From contig NC_043000.1 of the NCBI RefSeq assembly GCF_006345805.1, forward strand, positions 8,494,001 through 8,558,000: a stretch of 64,000 nucleotides of DNA. The letters are read 5' to 3'. The translations under genes and the position numbers were made by a program. The stretch is from Octopus sinensis. Taxonomy: Eukaryota. Numbering within the stretch: position 1 is the first letter of the stretch; each line of letters opens with the position of its first letter. Positions 41,442 to 57,199 of the stretch are shown here, one piece after another. The notes under the pieces were generated by a model that saw only the letters and a program-made list of their open reading frames with translations, was not told the DNA's origin and ran no database searches.

Positions 41442-41750
41442 TGTGTGAACATATACGTGAGTTCTTCTTTCTTACTCAGTGAAGAAACTGAGGAAATATT
41501 CGTGCGAGTTCAAACAAACACTTGTAGAGCAAAGATTTATAAAAAAATATAACAAAGTTTCGTTTTGCACTTATGATGGATGAATTACCCGTGGACGCTA
41601 TTTCGTTAATAACCTGTGCATTTATCTCTTAAAATTAGGGAAGCATTATTAACAACTTGTAAAAAATAATTCAATTTTTTTTTTTTTTTAGTATTTTTCT
41701 TTTTACTGTAAATTCTTCTTTCACTTTGATGATACAATGCTTCTTGGTAT

Positions 41751-42343
41751 TTAACTTAAATCTGGCCTCTGTGAAGTAGTGTTGAAGATTTCTGTTGTGA
41801 AATTATGGTTGCACATGTCTTTGAAAATTTGTGGTTTGTCGTCTGCCAATTGCACCAACTGTTTGTAATTTGATACATAGTATGTGTAGTTTTCATGAGG
41901 TTGACTGCTCAGAAAGTGGAAATCACGCGTATGGTTAGTTTGTCCTGAGCCAATGCTAACAACAAACAATCTTGTGCGTACTCCTTTGAGCTTTCTAGTT
42001 TCTTCAAGCAGGCTATCTGAAATATTCGTCATCTCTGAATCTACGAAGAGTACGGCTGTCGGAGTTCCCGAATGCTCTTTAAGTACAGTGTGTGTGTAAA
42101 TAAGATTCCTCATTTTCTTCACAATATCAACAAGAGTCGGAAAATTATTTTCCTGAACTAGCTGTCGAGTGAAATTTGTCACTGATGTGAGAGGGATACT
42201 AAAGCCGCTTGGGCAATAAGCGTAGTTTGTAACACCGAAATATTGGTAAGTCATATATGGTAGAAGTTTGCTTATAAATGTCGATATCTTCGCGGTACGG
42301 TTATAGCCCAGGGACACCATGTCGTAACCAAACAGGATGACAG
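41751..42343 (-). CDS. Terminal coding exon: degenerate VWA-like domain 2 (no MIDAS)
   Basis: Acceptor tttcaaag|CTGTC at 42343 (phase 1), stop TAA 41753-41751. VWA-like strands AVILFGYD, TAVLFVD, RLFVVSIG, LSSQP..Y.YYV..Y..L. No DxSxS. Seven N-x-S/T sequons. Confidence 0.8.
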
Positions 42344-42888
42344 CTTTGAAAGAGAAATAAATCAACGTTAATAAACACTCATGATTTTTTTCAGTTTTTA
42401 GATTTTAGTTCATTAATGTTATTCTATTTAGGCATGAGGCTTTGGTTATGTATATTGGTTTCAAATTTTGGTACAAAACCAGCAATTTGAATTCAGAACA
42501 TAAAGATGGACAAAATGCCGCTAAGCATTTTGCCCAGCGTGCTAACGATTCTTATTTCTTTACTGCCCACAAGGGACTAAACATAGAGGGGACAAACAAG
42601 GACAGACAAAGGGATTAAGTCGATTACATCGACCCCAATGCGTAACTGGTACTTATTTAATCGACCCCGAAATGGGGATTCTAGAGGGAAATGAAAAGCA
42701 ATACGCTATAACATTCATGACTTCTCTCACGGAACTAATTTGCATAAGTAAAGAGAAATTGTTTTAATTACGAATCGAAATCTCAATTCTATGCGCTCTT
42801 AAATTAATGATAAAGATGATTTCTTGATTAGGCGCCTTCAGCACCTCAAGGAGCCTAAAATTAAAAGTTTGAGAAGTTTATAACATAC

Positions 42889-42937
<49 letters not shown>

Positions 42938-42951
42938 TTTCTTTCTTTCTT

Positions 42952-43004
<53 letters not shown>

Positions 43005-43852
43005 TACACCTCTTTTCTTTCTCCGCGTATGTAACTCACATGAAGCGTGAGAATTTCACCTAACATCTGAATATACGAGCACCAATTTTCAATAGGTTTG
43101 AATGGAAGGCTTTATCCGACGACTGGATGCCTTTAGCGGGGCTCAGTTTGATAGAAACAAATAATTTCCTCGTGTTATTGCCAAGATAAAGTTTCAGGGA
43201 GGAAACTCTTATCAGATATTACTCATTTAATTCCTTATCTTAATGGAACACAAATTTTTACGAACTTTCTATCTCTCTTAGGCAATTAAACTTCAGGAAT
43301 AAATAGTATTCATTTAGCCGTTGTTTTATACAGCCGTTGCTGCATGTGAGTTAAGGCAAAGCAAATTCAGTTTAATCTAATTAAATTAAACCAAATGAAT
43401 CAAACTAGTGATTCTGAGAAGAAAAGTAAAAAAGTTCGATGCTAACACAAGAAACGGTTGGATACTTACTTGCTTCGGTCTTCGGTAAAATTTCTGGCCT
43501 TCCTTTTCCTGAAAGAGGAAAAAGTTAGAGACAAAAGATAAATTAATAATTCTTTTTAGAATAGGAACAAGGTCGGAAATGCTGTGGTTGGGAGTTAGTT
43601 TTTGCCAGCTTGCTGCCTTAAAAAAAACCCCTGCACTTCCTAACAACAGATGCAGCCATATGATAAGCATCTTGTCGTGCTAACGATTCTGGCAACTCGC
43701 CGCCTTCTTTTTTCTTTCTCCTACAGACATCAGTGTTTTCAATTGCGTTTTCACCTGTTAGCGTCTCCAGATGCAAACTTTGTTGTCTCTTGACGTCTCT
43801 GGTTGAGACTTAGGCGCAACTCGTATAAATTAAAGTTATTATATAATGATAT

Positions 43853-44157
43853 TAAAGATGAACTACAGCAAATATTCTGTTCAATACCACAGATTTTCTA
43901 GTCAGTTATTTTACCTTAACCAGTTAACCCTTAGTGACTGACAATACGTGCTTCTCTGATCACGAGCAGAAGTAAAATTCTAACTGGGCCCCACTTACAA
44001 GGTCATGCGTTGTTTATCTTGATATGAGATCACCATATCGCAGACATATGATTGTGATGCATGTGACTTATAATACGAGTAATCATGATGGGTATACTGG
44101 GCTTCGTGTATTTTACCCTCCAATGTCACTTTGATGGCATGCACAGCTCTCTCACTC
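43853..44157 (+). mobile_element. Internally deleted copy of the about 560-bp (AAT)n-tailed non-autonomous retroelement
   Basis: Matches 44864-45419; ends CTCTCTCACTC(AAT)n. Confidence 0.75.
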
Positions 44158-44209
<52 letters not shown>

Positions 44210-44211
<2 letters not shown>

Positions 44212-44506
44212 CAACCTTGACGATTTGAAGTGGGAAATACGAAGGTTGTGGTCAATGAGAAGAGTAGAAGTGGTACCAATAGCAACTGGCGAACTTGGAA
44301 GTATCAGCATTCATCTACAAACATGGCTCAATATGATTGGTATAAATGTAAAGGTAGAACACCTACAAAAATCAGCTTTGCTTAGAACTGCAAAAATTCT
44401 TCGTAGGTGTCTTGAAGCACAACCAGTTAACAGGTGTCACCTTAGTCTGCTGTCCACAGACAGCTGATACTTTCCATTATACCCAACAAAATAAGCTGTT
44501 AGTGTT

Positions 44507-44510
<4 letters not shown>
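44210..44510 (+). mobile_element. 3' fragment of an RLE-type (Dong/R4-like) LINE
   Basis: DLKWEIRRLW....VVPI..G.LG...LQKSALL.TAKILRR, then a 3' UTR and (AAT)n. Confidence 0.75.
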
Positions 44511-45419
<909 letters not shown>

Positions 45420-45429
45420 AATAATAATA

Positions 45430-45527
<98 letters not shown>

Positions 45528-45599
45528 AAGAAGAAGAAGAAGAAGAAGAAGAAGAAAAAGAAAAAGAATAAAAAAAAGAAAAAGAAGAACTGCCAAGAA

Positions 45600-46490
45600 A
45601 AAAAAGAAACAACAAAAGCTGTAAAACAACTGAAATCCAAACTAAAACTGGAACAGCAACGTATCATGATAAAGCGATTTCCAGAAAATCCCTTCCATAG
45701 CAAATGTTAGTTTAAACTAAATAGAAAAGAAATAGACAAAACAAAAGCCCAACAATAGCTGAGAAGCTCAGGACTCAAAGCAGAGACTGAGGATACCAAA
45801 AACGTAATGAAAAGAAATACAAGTAACAGCAGGATATGTGGAGATGGAGAAGAAACAAAAGATCACATTGTCTCTGGCTGCCCAGTCCTGGCTAAGAAGG
45901 AATATATTCACAGACACGACAGAGTTGGGACCTATACACACTGGAAGCTATGCCAACACTATAGAATAGCAACAGAAAAAGATGGTATAGGCACACGCCA
46001 GAAAAGGTCACAGAAAATGAGAAAGTAACCATACTCTGGGATTTGCCAATACACACAGATAGAAAAATTAAGGCCATCAAGCCAGATATAGTTGTCAGAG
46101 ATCACCAAGAAAAAATGCTTTCTAATCGATGTATCAATACCAACAGATAACAATGTTTCTCTAAAAGAAACGGGGAAACTTTCAAAATACAAAGATCTGG
46201 AAATAAAGGTAACTTGAATGTGGAATCTAAAATCAGAAACAATTCCTATCATAGTACGCGTATTAGGTATGGTAAAAAAATATTCAGACCAATGCGTAAC
46301 AAAATCATCAGGACTAACATGTTTATATAACATACAGAAAATAGCATTACTAGGCACTGCATACATCCTACGTAAAACACTTTCAACACAGTAAAAGTAA
46401 GAGCATCACAACAGATCACAGCACATACCCAAGGCACAGAGAGCTGCGTTCGGTAGTGAAGTGAAAGTACGTGATAAAACTAAGACCCCA
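45600..46490 (+). mobile_element. Dong/R4-like LINE 3' part (CCHC knuckle + restriction-like endonuclease)
   Basis: RICGDGEETKDHIVSGCPVLAKKEYIHRHD; ILWDLPIHTDRKIKAIKPDIVV; KLSKYKDLE; frameshifted. Confidence 0.85.
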
Positions 46491-46892
46491 ACATAGTCGC
46501 AGTTCAGTTATTGGAACAAGTAAGAAAGCAAATCACAATTATGAAAAAATTTACTTCCATTATAAATTAGTTATATGATATTAAAGCATTTTACAGATTA
46601 TTTTTATAAGTCAAAAAGTAGAGATCTATTCATATATTTGTTCAAGGATGAAAATATTTGTCATTGTCCCAAAGCAATGCGTCATCATAACACTGAAATT
46701 TAATACATATATTTCGTTTACTTCTATCAAAAAGCGAGGAAGAATATCCACTCCTATGTACACACGCAGACAAACGCGCAGACAGACAGGCAAACAGACA
46801 GATAGATAGTGAAGCATACTTATGTTTACACACAGGCATTCACATACATACATACACACACTTGAATTATCATTATTATTATTATTATTATT

Positions 46893-47440
46893 GAGTGAGA
46901 GAGCAGTGCATGCCATCAAAGTGACACTGGGGTAAAATATACGAAGCCCAGTATACCCATCATGACTACCCGTCTGATAAAGGTACACCAGGCATCACAA
47001 CCATATGTGCGCGACATGGTGATCTCATATCAAGATAAACAGCACATGACCTTGCAGGTGGGGCCCAGTTAGAATTTTCTTCAGGTTGAGTAGCCCATCC
47101 CGCTCAAAAGGTCCCTGAATAAGGGTTGTTTAAGGATGTTGAAAGAACCACCCACGTTTCCAGAGGTGAATTATTCAGACCCCAAATAATCCCTCTCAAC
47201 ACATGGCTATGATGCTCCCCCACTACTTCTGCTCGTGATCAGAGATGCACATATCGTCAGCCACTAAGGGACATGTTCAACTGGTTAAGGTCAAACAACT
47301 GACAAGCAAATCTGTGGTATTGAGCAGAATATTTGCTGTAGCCCATCTTTTATACCAAGACAAAACAATGTACATGATAACACTTCCAATCAGTTAAGAT
47401 CAGAAGCCATGAGAGCCACTGCTGGTACTGATCAGGGCAT
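46893..47440 (-). mobile_element. About 560-bp non-autonomous retroelement (inverted copy)
   Basis: Reverse complement of 44864-45419, with (TTA)n flanks. Confidence 0.85.
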
Positions 47441-47449
47441 TTATTATTA

Positions 47450-47507
<58 letters not shown>

Positions 47508-47517
47508 ATTTTTATTA

Positions 47518-47548
<31 letters not shown>

Positions 47549-47579
47549 AATTTTTATTATTATATTATTATTATTATTC

Positions 47580-47954
47580 AGTAGTTTTATTTTTATAGCG
47601 TGCTTTCACTTCACTACCGAGCGCAGCTCTGTGTGCCTTGGGTATGTGCTGTGATTTGTTGTGATGCTCTGATGGTTATTGTATGGAAAGTGTTCTGCGT
47701 AGGATGTGTGCAGTGCCTAGTAGTGCAATTTTCTGTATGTTATATGTGTTTGTAAGTCCTGGTGTTTTTGTTATGTATTTGTCTGAATATTTTTTTATCA
47801 TGCCTAATGCACCTACTATGATAGGAATTGTTTCTGTTTTCAGGTTCCACATTCTAGTTACCTCTATTTCCAGGTCTTTGTATTTTGAGAGTTTCTCCAT
47901 TTCTTTTAGAGACACGTTGTCATCTGCCGGTATTGATACATCAATTAGAAAGCA

Positions 47955-47958
<4 letters not shown>
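47580..47958 (-). mobile_element. Dong/R4-like LINE 3' fragment
   Basis: SLKEMEKLSKYKDLEIEVTRMWNLKTETIPIIVGALG...KIALLGTAHILRRTLS; 3' UTR shared with the 46390-46470 copy; (AAT)n tail. Confidence 0.85.
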
Positions 47959-48033
<75 letters not shown>

Positions 48034-48057
48034 CATTATCATCATCATCAATCATCA

Positions 48058-48141
<84 letters not shown>

Positions 48142-48142
48142 C

Positions 48143-48201
<59 letters not shown>

Positions 48202-48208
48202 TATTATT

Positions 48209-48239
<31 letters not shown>

Positions 48240-49578
48240 TAGTCATGATCTTTACAAATCCTTTGAAATCCATGTGATACAGTGCAAAATGTTCACCAAC
48301 GATACTCCTCATCTTTTTATTAAGGTTTTCTTACTTCAACACCACGTTCATTTGGTGTTAAGCAAATATAACATTTTTATTTGAATAGTGGAGAGTGTTG
48401 GAAACAAGGCGTGTTTATTGAAAAGCTTCTCGTCCAAAATCTAAAGTCGTTACAAACCGTTTTGTCAATCCTCATTTCACATGAAGTAGGTAACAAAAAA
48501 ATCATATAACGGTTTTGGTGTAATTTGTGGATTGGTATGTCTGGGAAGTGAAATGGTCACTTATAGTTCCTAGTTACGAAAGCTGGCAAATATTTAGTTG
48601 CTAAATATGGCATCTTTAGATTACCACAAGACTATGAATAGCTGATGATGCTGGGTAAATTTCAGTTTTGTATACTTTATTAAATTAAAATGTTTTAAAA
48701 TCATGATTTAAAATAGTATCCTGTAGTTTACTTTGTTCAATAAGGCTTCAAATGAAAAACAGAATAGAAAGATATGGAGGATGAGTTCAGAGAGGCAAAG
48801 GAGTTGGTGAAACTTAAAACTTTCAAGAACCAGAAACCTAGACGTTAGGAATAATAAATTCAGTTATAAATAATTAGAAATTTTACATTAAAACTTTTAA
48901 TCTACCTGGGTAATTGAAAAGAAAAAGTTGGAAGTTAAACTCAAAAATCAGCTCTTCAAACCATAAAATCTTATTTAGAAGTCGACAAAAATGTGTTTCA
49001 TTCTTTGATTGAACACAGAAACAAGAAGGAAATAAAATTTTTATAATATGTATCTAAGTATTTTATGATTTTAGTATGAATCAAATTTTAATCTATTTAG
49101 TGTCTTTACATCGATTACACGACGTAACACATTCTGCTACCGTTTTTCGTTTCTCCTCATTTTGCCACAATCTTTTCTCGAGTCTAGAACGTTGACTCAA
49201 AAAGTTATTAGTCTTTCTCTATCGTCAGCTGAAACGGATTCTATATTGTTGTTTTTTTAATCCGAAAAGTTATACGATAGTAAAGGGTATTTTCACTTAC
49301 ATATAAAAATTATAATGTTAAAAGTTATCTACATATTATCATTTGCATAAGTTTCTCTTTTTCTAATTTTCAATCGATATCACCTGATCATTTTCACACA
49401 TTTATAAGGAAAGATAAAGTCAAAATAACGACCTTCATCCCAAAAGTCAAGAAGTTAAAGGACAAAAATATCGATTTCCATCTAACGTGGAATATCAAAA
49501 CTTTATTCATTATATACATACATACGTATATACATACATATATATATATATGTATGTGTGTATATATATGTATATATG

Positions 49579-49645
<67 letters not shown>

Positions 49646-49698
49646 ACAATATAATAAATAAATAAATAAATAAATAAATAAAATAAATATACATATAC

Positions 49699-49772
<74 letters not shown>

Positions 49773-49798
49773 ATATGTGACAATTATTCGGTAGCCAT

Positions 49799-49859
49799 GA
49801 TAAGACTCCGAATTTCAGATGTCGGGGCGAAAACCTACGCTGGTATCTCTTCAGTTATC
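49799..49859 (-). ncRNA. Type I hammerhead ribozyme motif, sense to the VWA gene's last intron
   Basis: GAUAA-CUGAAGA-GAU..GCG..CGC..AUC U-GAAA-UUC G GAGU-C^UUAUC: perfect 5-bp helix I, GUC triplet. Confidence 0.65.
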
Positions 49860-50103
49860 GGGCCATCGAACAAAAATGCTATGAAAATGACCGTTAAACA
49901 AAGGGGACTTACTGTGTGATTGACCGTTATTAAGATAAAAGAGCTATTAGAATGACCGCTACGTCCCCGCAACTTAGCGGTTCGGCAAAAGAGGCCGATA
50001 GAGACCGATAGGCTTACAAAGAATAAGTCCTGGGGTCGATTTGCTCGACTAAAGGCGGTGCTCCAGCATGGTCACAGTCAAATGACTGAAACAAGTAATA
50101 GAG

Positions 50104-50134
<31 letters not shown>

Positions 50135-50224
50135 AAATATTAGGGAATAAATCCAAACTTACAGGGAAAATCAGATTTAGGATTAAATCCAATTTTATAG
50201 TATAAATATATTATATTATATTAT

Positions 50225-50622
<398 letters not shown>

Positions 50623-50782
50623 AGAAAACTGCCGTTTACCCTGTTTCGCCAATCATTTAATTATGCTTCTGTAGAACAAAAGTTATGAATAATATGTTTT
50701 TCAAGACACAGAAGAGCTGGTGTGGATTTTCCATAGCCATAAATTATAGTTTAAAAATTTGAGATCTGATTTAACCAATAAC

Positions 50783-51072
50783 TGAAACATATCTGCTTCA
50801 TTGTGTCTGGGGAGAGTCATTTTCTTCTTGTGCCTTATTATGTAACAGACTCACCGGTAAAATTTCCACGCTTTTCTTATTTTTATTTTCCTAAAATTTT
50901 CGTTGCGTCTTGCAACCTTTTCAATAGTTTTGACTTGAAAAAGTTGAAAGACGCAACGAAAATTTTTTGACAATAAAAATAAGAAAAGCGTGGAAATTTT
51001 ACCGGTGAGTGTGTCACATAATAAGGCACAAGAAGAGAATGACCCTCCCCAGACACAACAGAATATGCTTCA
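50783..51072. mobile_element. Palindromic MITE-like element
   Basis: Whole element is an imperfect palindrome (TGTGTCTGGGG...CCCCAGACACA); no clear TSD. Confidence 0.65.
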
Positions 51073-51223
51073 ACGCACGAACTCATTTAATGAATCTTGC
51101 AAACCAAATCCAAAAACGAAATATCTGTTTCATTTATTACAAGAAAAACGAGTGTTTAGCAAAAGCAGTAAAATATGGGTTTCCACAGAATCTGACTCTG
51201 GTTAGCATTTATTGATAACTTAC

Positions 51224-51460
51224 CTGGTTTGTCTTGCGGGCTGGTTTCATTCTTGTAGTTGCTGGTTGTTGTTGTTTCAGAGATAGAAATAGTAGTTACT
51301 GGTGTAGGAACAGTGATATATGATACAGTAGTTGTAGTGCTTGGTGAGACTTCTGTGGTGCTTGTATCATTTACTTTCAGCACAGGGGACTTAGTCGTCT
51401 TCTCAAGCACAACAGGTGTTGTCTTTGATACGATGTTACCGGGAACTTCAGGTTCACCAA
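51224..51460 (-). CDS. Exon of the same gene: Thr/Ser/Pro-rich mucin-like linker
   Basis: Acceptor atttcag|TTGGT at 51460 and donor CCAG|gtaagt at 51224; 237 bp, phase 1-1, in frame with flanking exons. VGEPEVPG...TSTTEVSPSTTTTVSYITVPTPVTTISISETTTTS...QDKP. Confidence 0.8.
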
Positions 51461-51914
51461 CTGAAATTAAAATTTCCCATATTAACATCATCGGCAGGAC
51501 AAACAACAAGGATCAGAACATTGGTTAGTCAACTGCTCGAAAACCTCATTCAGGCGGTTGAGACTAATGTCTTGTTTGAACTATTGAAGTTTTGAATTAC
51601 ATATTGTGCCATTGAAGTTTTAGATTACATATCCATGAATGTGATCTAAACAATCGTCCGTTCAGAAGATTAACCAGAATTATGCAACCAAGCGAAATGG
51701 GACAATTTGGCGCTGCTGTTTGGACGCTGACGATTTGACATGATTAACTGGACGTTGAACATGTTCTGGCGACAATATATTTTGGCACAGGTGGCAAATA
51801 CATAGTCTTACATTCACACACGCAAGCACGCAGAGCTATGCGCTCACAAATAGAGAGGAAGAAAGAAAGAGAGAGAGAGAGAGAGAACGGGAGAGAGAGA
51901 GAGAAAGGGAGATA

Positions 51915-51961
<47 letters not shown>

Positions 51962-53059
51962 GAGAAAGAGAGTAAGAAAGGAAAGAGAAAACTAGAGAAA
52001 AATTATAGCATCTGATGTCAAGTTAGTCGAATCAGTGATACCGAATAAACGACACCGAAACGACCATCCGAAACGTCTCATACTCGGAAGTAGGTGACAT
52101 TCAATACTACTTCTTATGTATATGTTCAATAAACATACTACTAAATACATATAAAAATATATAACTTGATGAAGTTATTCCTTATTAAGAAATTAAAAGA
52201 TGATCACATGTTAAAATGGCTGACAGTTATATTAAAATAAAGAGAAATAAATTGTCTTTGTACGATTTTATGAAGAAAGGTACATAATGTATAGATCCTG
52301 AATAGGGTAAAATTTGCTGAAAGCTTGTATTATTAAGTTTATAGACCCCTGTCATTAAATCTTGGTTTTCCTCCTTTTTCTGCATCCAAGTCTTAACAAA
52401 GAATCAGGCATCTTCGCATCTTCGAGAGCTTCCTTCGTTAATTTCCAAATGAAATTTTATAGACTGAATTACTGATTTAAAATGTAACGAATTTAAACTT
52501 GCTTTCTTCTTAACATCGAAGATTTACCGTTTTCTTGCTCTAAATAATTTAAAGCTCTAACAAATTCGGATTGAAGTCGAAACCACACAGCTGCAAAGCA
52601 ATCTACTCAGCCATACGGCCGTGTCTGTGTTTAATATTTTCCAAGATAAACTGAGGGTGATAAAGTTTTTCCAGTATATGTTTTGGTTCACGCCATCCGA
52701 GTTTTAAAATCAAATCATAAAATGACTGGATGGTCATGGCTTGGAAATCGTTCACGATTTTTGAATCCCAGATTGAATGATTAATATATTTCAAAATAAA
52801 CGAAGGCTAATTGGGCACCGGACTACACTCACTTTAGAGTATTTTTTTATCAACTCTTTTTGAATTTTAGAATCAAACCAGGGAAAAAGCGAGCTGGTTA
52901 TGGCTGGGAAATTTTTAACTATAGATTTCATCAATCACATCAGATCTGAGGTTAAACAAAGGGCAGCTGAGCGCAAGACAAAAGGTTTTGCTGTATATTA
53001 TTCAGTTTCTTTAATCTTTAGCATCAAACTTTATTTTTTTTTATGCGCCCTTTTCAAGC

Positions 53060-53325
53060 CTAGACAGGCTCATGGGTCCGGTTTCCCGGCTTCTGTGGCG
53101 AATGTGTTCTCCCCCAGCTGGACGGGACGCCAGTCCATCGCAACGTTACTCAAAAAACAAGAAGAGAGAGTGAGAGAAAGTTTGGGTGAAAGAGTGCAAC
53201 AGGGGTCGCCCCCCCCCCTGCCGGAGTCTCGTGGAGCTTTTAGGTGTTTTCGCTCAATAAACACACACAACGCCCGCTCTGGGAATCGAAACCACGACCC
53301 TCCGACCACGAGTCCGCTGCCCTAA
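53060..53325 (-). mobile_element. Third tRNA-derived SINE family
   Basis: Minus head with GGTTTCGATTCCC B-box; related pieces at about 32890-32990, 53640-53760, 58360-58530 and 59240-59420. Confidence 0.7.
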
Positions 53326-54387
53326 CTTAGCATCAAACTAGAGGAAGTAAAAAAGACAGCATGGTCACAGCTGGAAAATCGTTAGTTCTTGTGTAAGTTG
53401 GAATCAAGCCAAAAAGAATCGACAAGGGTTTTCATAATTTGGGGGCTCATAATCTTTTTTACTTGTGACGTCACTGTATCGCCCACACTATCAGATGTTG
53501 GTCACAACGTACTTCCACGCATTGCTGTAGCTTTTAAATTATGCTCTCACGTTGGATGGGCGGGCAGACGAGCATTCCTCTTGTCGCAAAGTTACCCATT
53601 TATAGCTGAGTTTGATGCTAAAGCTGAAAGAAACTCAATAATATAAAGCAAGCTGAACTGTTTTGCTCAAGAACACGATGCACACTGGTCTGGGGCATCG
53701 AAACCACAACCTTGCGACCGTGATTGCAATACCCTAACCACTGGCCCATGCGATTTCACACTAGTGACATACTAGGTTTAAATACGTTGGCGCATCTAGC
53801 GTGTGTGCCGCCCCAGGCTGTGCTTGAGTTTGCCGCCTAACACTTCCACTCCATGTACTGGTTATACAACAGGCCGAAAAGTGCTGCCTCTATAAAAGCG
53901 TCGCCTGGAGCAGATCGCCTCTCGCTCCTACTCCAAGCTACGCTATTGGTTGCGTCAAGTTTTAAAAAATTATATTTCTGTACATTTAAAAATATATTTA
54001 GTAATTTTTTCTATTACACTACTTAAGTTTATTTCCATGTATGGGAAACTGAATAATGACATACATACATACATACATACATACATACATACATACATAC
54101 ATACATACACATGCTTATAGTCTTATACACGTTGCATTTCATATATATATATCATTAACAGTTTGTGACTCAAATTAAAAGAATTCACTGTTTATTTAAT
54201 CCTATGTTTATAATTTACAACTTAAATACTAATAAGCAAACATATATGCACGTATATATGCATATGTGTGTGTGTGTGGTGTGTGCACATTTACATATAG
54301 GTGCATAGATAGATATATATGTGCATGCATGTAAGTATATATGTATCTATATCTATATCTATCTACATATATATGTATGTGTGTGTG

Positions 54388-54515
<128 letters not shown>

Positions 54516-54621
54516 TAATTAATCAATATAGGGTGGCAAAAAAAAATTTTGTAGAATTTTTTTGCCACCAGCGGCCTAGTGGGAAAAAATTAAATAGTCA
54601 TAGACCATTTTTAAGTTCAAC

Positions 54622-54867
54622 ATCACAATCAAGGAACGGCCATAATAGGCCATTCACCCACTAGAAATAACAGCCAAAAGCTTCAACCGCAAAATAACAT
54701 CAATTCCGTAAACCAGGAGAAAATTTTAAAAATTAATAAAATTAAAAAAACAGGGTAAATGTTTTTTTAATTTTCTCCTGGTTTACGGAATTGATGTTAT
54801 TTTGCGGTTGAAGCTTTTGGCTGTTATTTCTAGTGGGTGAATGGCCTATTATGGCCGTTCCTTGATT

Positions 54868-54872
<5 letters not shown>
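54622..54872. repeat. Perfect fold-back (104-bp arms) abutting (TA)n
   Basis: 54622-54725 equals the reverse complement of 54769-54872 by manual comparison. Confidence 0.9.
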
Positions 54873-54949
<77 letters not shown>

Positions 54950-54951
<2 letters not shown>

Positions 54952-56173
54952 CTCTCAAAATTGGCAAATGTTGGAATCTGTGGAAAAGTTCTACACTGGA
55001 TTCAGTATTTCCTAGCGAATAGAACACGACATGTTGTAGTTGATGGAGTCCACTCAAACCCAGCAAAAGTCACCAGCGGTGTTCCCCAGGGGACTGTTTT
55101 GGGTCCGCTACTCTTCATAATTTATGTAAACGACCTTTCCAGTGTCGTACATCACTGCAAAGTGAAAATATTCGCTGATGACACTAAGCTCCAGCAAATC
55201 GTCAATGAAGAAGCAGACCGAACTCAACTCCAGTCTGACCTATATGCTGTGAGTCAATGGGCAGACAGAAACAAAATGCAACTGAATGAGGGAAAATTTG
55301 AGCTGATGCATTTTGGAAGAAATTCCTCACTAAAACAACCATACTCTCTTCCTTCAGGGGAACCGCTCAGAGCCTCTAACAATATCAGAGACCTGGGTGT
55401 AATTGTTGATGACGATCTCAGTTGGAGTGCACACATCAACAAGAAGGTCGATACAGCTCGTAGGATGAGTTCCTGGATCTTAAGAACTTTCCGGTCCAGA
55501 GAACAAGGTGTCATCATACCACTTTTTTCATCCTTTGTACGGCCACACCTTGAATACTGCTGCCCACTGTGGTCTCCTCACACAAGACAAAACATCTCCA
55601 GAATTGAGTCACTCCAGAGGGCTCTCACTAAACAAATTGAAGGCATGGCTGCTCTCGATTATTGGGATCGCCTTAAAGCCTTGAAACTTTACTCCCTCCA
55701 GCGTCGCCGTGAGCGGTACATCATTTGTACGATGTGGAAAATATACCGCTAACTTTGCCCAAACGACCTAAACATTAGCTTCAAGGTTCATCCGAGACTT
55801 GGACCACGGGCTATACGTCCCCTGCCAAATTCAAGATCACAACATACATGTACACTGCAACATAATTTCTTTTCCTCAACAGGCCCTGCCCTATTTAACA
55901 TTGTCCCGAGGGAGATCAAAGAGGAAAAGGATCCCATCAACTTCAAACAGAGTCTGGATAGATTCCTTCAAAGAATACCAGATAAGCCACCCATAATTGG
56001 ATACAACTCACCCAACAAGAACTCACTACTTGAACAAAACTGGATACAACTCACCCAACAAGAACTCACTACTTGAACAAAACTTGACTTAAACAGGATT
56101 CGAATAATCCTATCAGGTGGTGCTATTAAGTTAGACATGGCCTGGACCAATCTCTGGTCGAAACATATCTAAG
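54950..56173 (+). mobile_element. 5'-truncated CR1-type LINE
   Basis: SGVPQGTVLGPLLFIIYVNDL, FADDTKL, RDLGV, VRPHLEYC..LWSP. One in-frame TAA at 55750-55752 with the frame continuing afterwards; 43-bp tandem duplication at 55998-56083. Confidence 0.92.
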
Positions 56174-56181
56174 TTGTTTTT

Positions 56182-56213
<32 letters not shown>

Positions 56214-57199
56214 ATATTAGGTATGTATATTATATATGTATGTATTTATATGTGTGTACATACATACATACATACATACATTCAGTAAAAAAAACTACAC
56301 ACATACATACATTCAGTAAAAAAACTATCAATATGTATATTCAAAAGAATTATGGACAGCTAGATTGATTGACAAATTAATTTCGTCAACATATCTTCAT
56401 TAATTGCAACATAGTGTCTTAGAGAAAGAAAAAGCTGATGTTATCTAGATGCAAGTTGACGTTATACATACATATAAGTATGTTTGTGGTATTTATATAT
56501 TTATGTGTGCCCGGAAAATGATATCTAATGAAAGAAAAACCAACGCCGTCAAAGCTTAACACAGGATAGGAGTAGATTATTTTCCTGTTGGGTTGACAGC
56601 GTGCTATGCAGCGAACCGAAGAATTTCAGAAGGGCGATGTCGCTGTTCAACAGAATTAGGGTTGAATAAGAATCAAGCACAACTAGTCGGTCATCCTTGC
56701 CAGATTTCTTGCTCGCTTTCCCGGTATTATTCGAAAGAATCAGCAAGCCAAGAACGTACGCATTGTCTGTAGAGTAGAGTAGGGTTGCATTTAAATTAGA
56801 ACAGATCAAACGCTGTGTCAGGCGTCGTCAAATTGACTTTCCTTGAATTTCATATTTATCACTTCTGATCTGGAGGAAATCCTTTTGATTCTAGGCAGCG
56901 TTTGGTCAAGAATAAACTTTCCAAAGATTGTCTGAGATGGACAACCCAGCCAGTGTTGTCATGGCACAAAAAGAAGCATTTCGAGTGAGGTGTCTTGCTG
57001 GACTCTGCCAGCTAATGTTACTATGTTATCAGAAACGATGAACATGTTACAAATCGCCAGGCCTGGTCGGCGTTTGTGAGAGATGCAGCATTGAAGATGA
57101 ATGAAGCCAGCTCAACCCACCCCGGGTGAATGCTGTAAGAAAAAAAAAGCATGTTACAAGTCCTAAAGAGATTATATGCACCAATAAGAATGCTGAAGG

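Noticed and set aside
51259-51528. Val-rich plus-strand ORF resembling a membrane protein
   Set aside because: Antisense of the Thr-rich exon (ACN codons read as Val/Gly).
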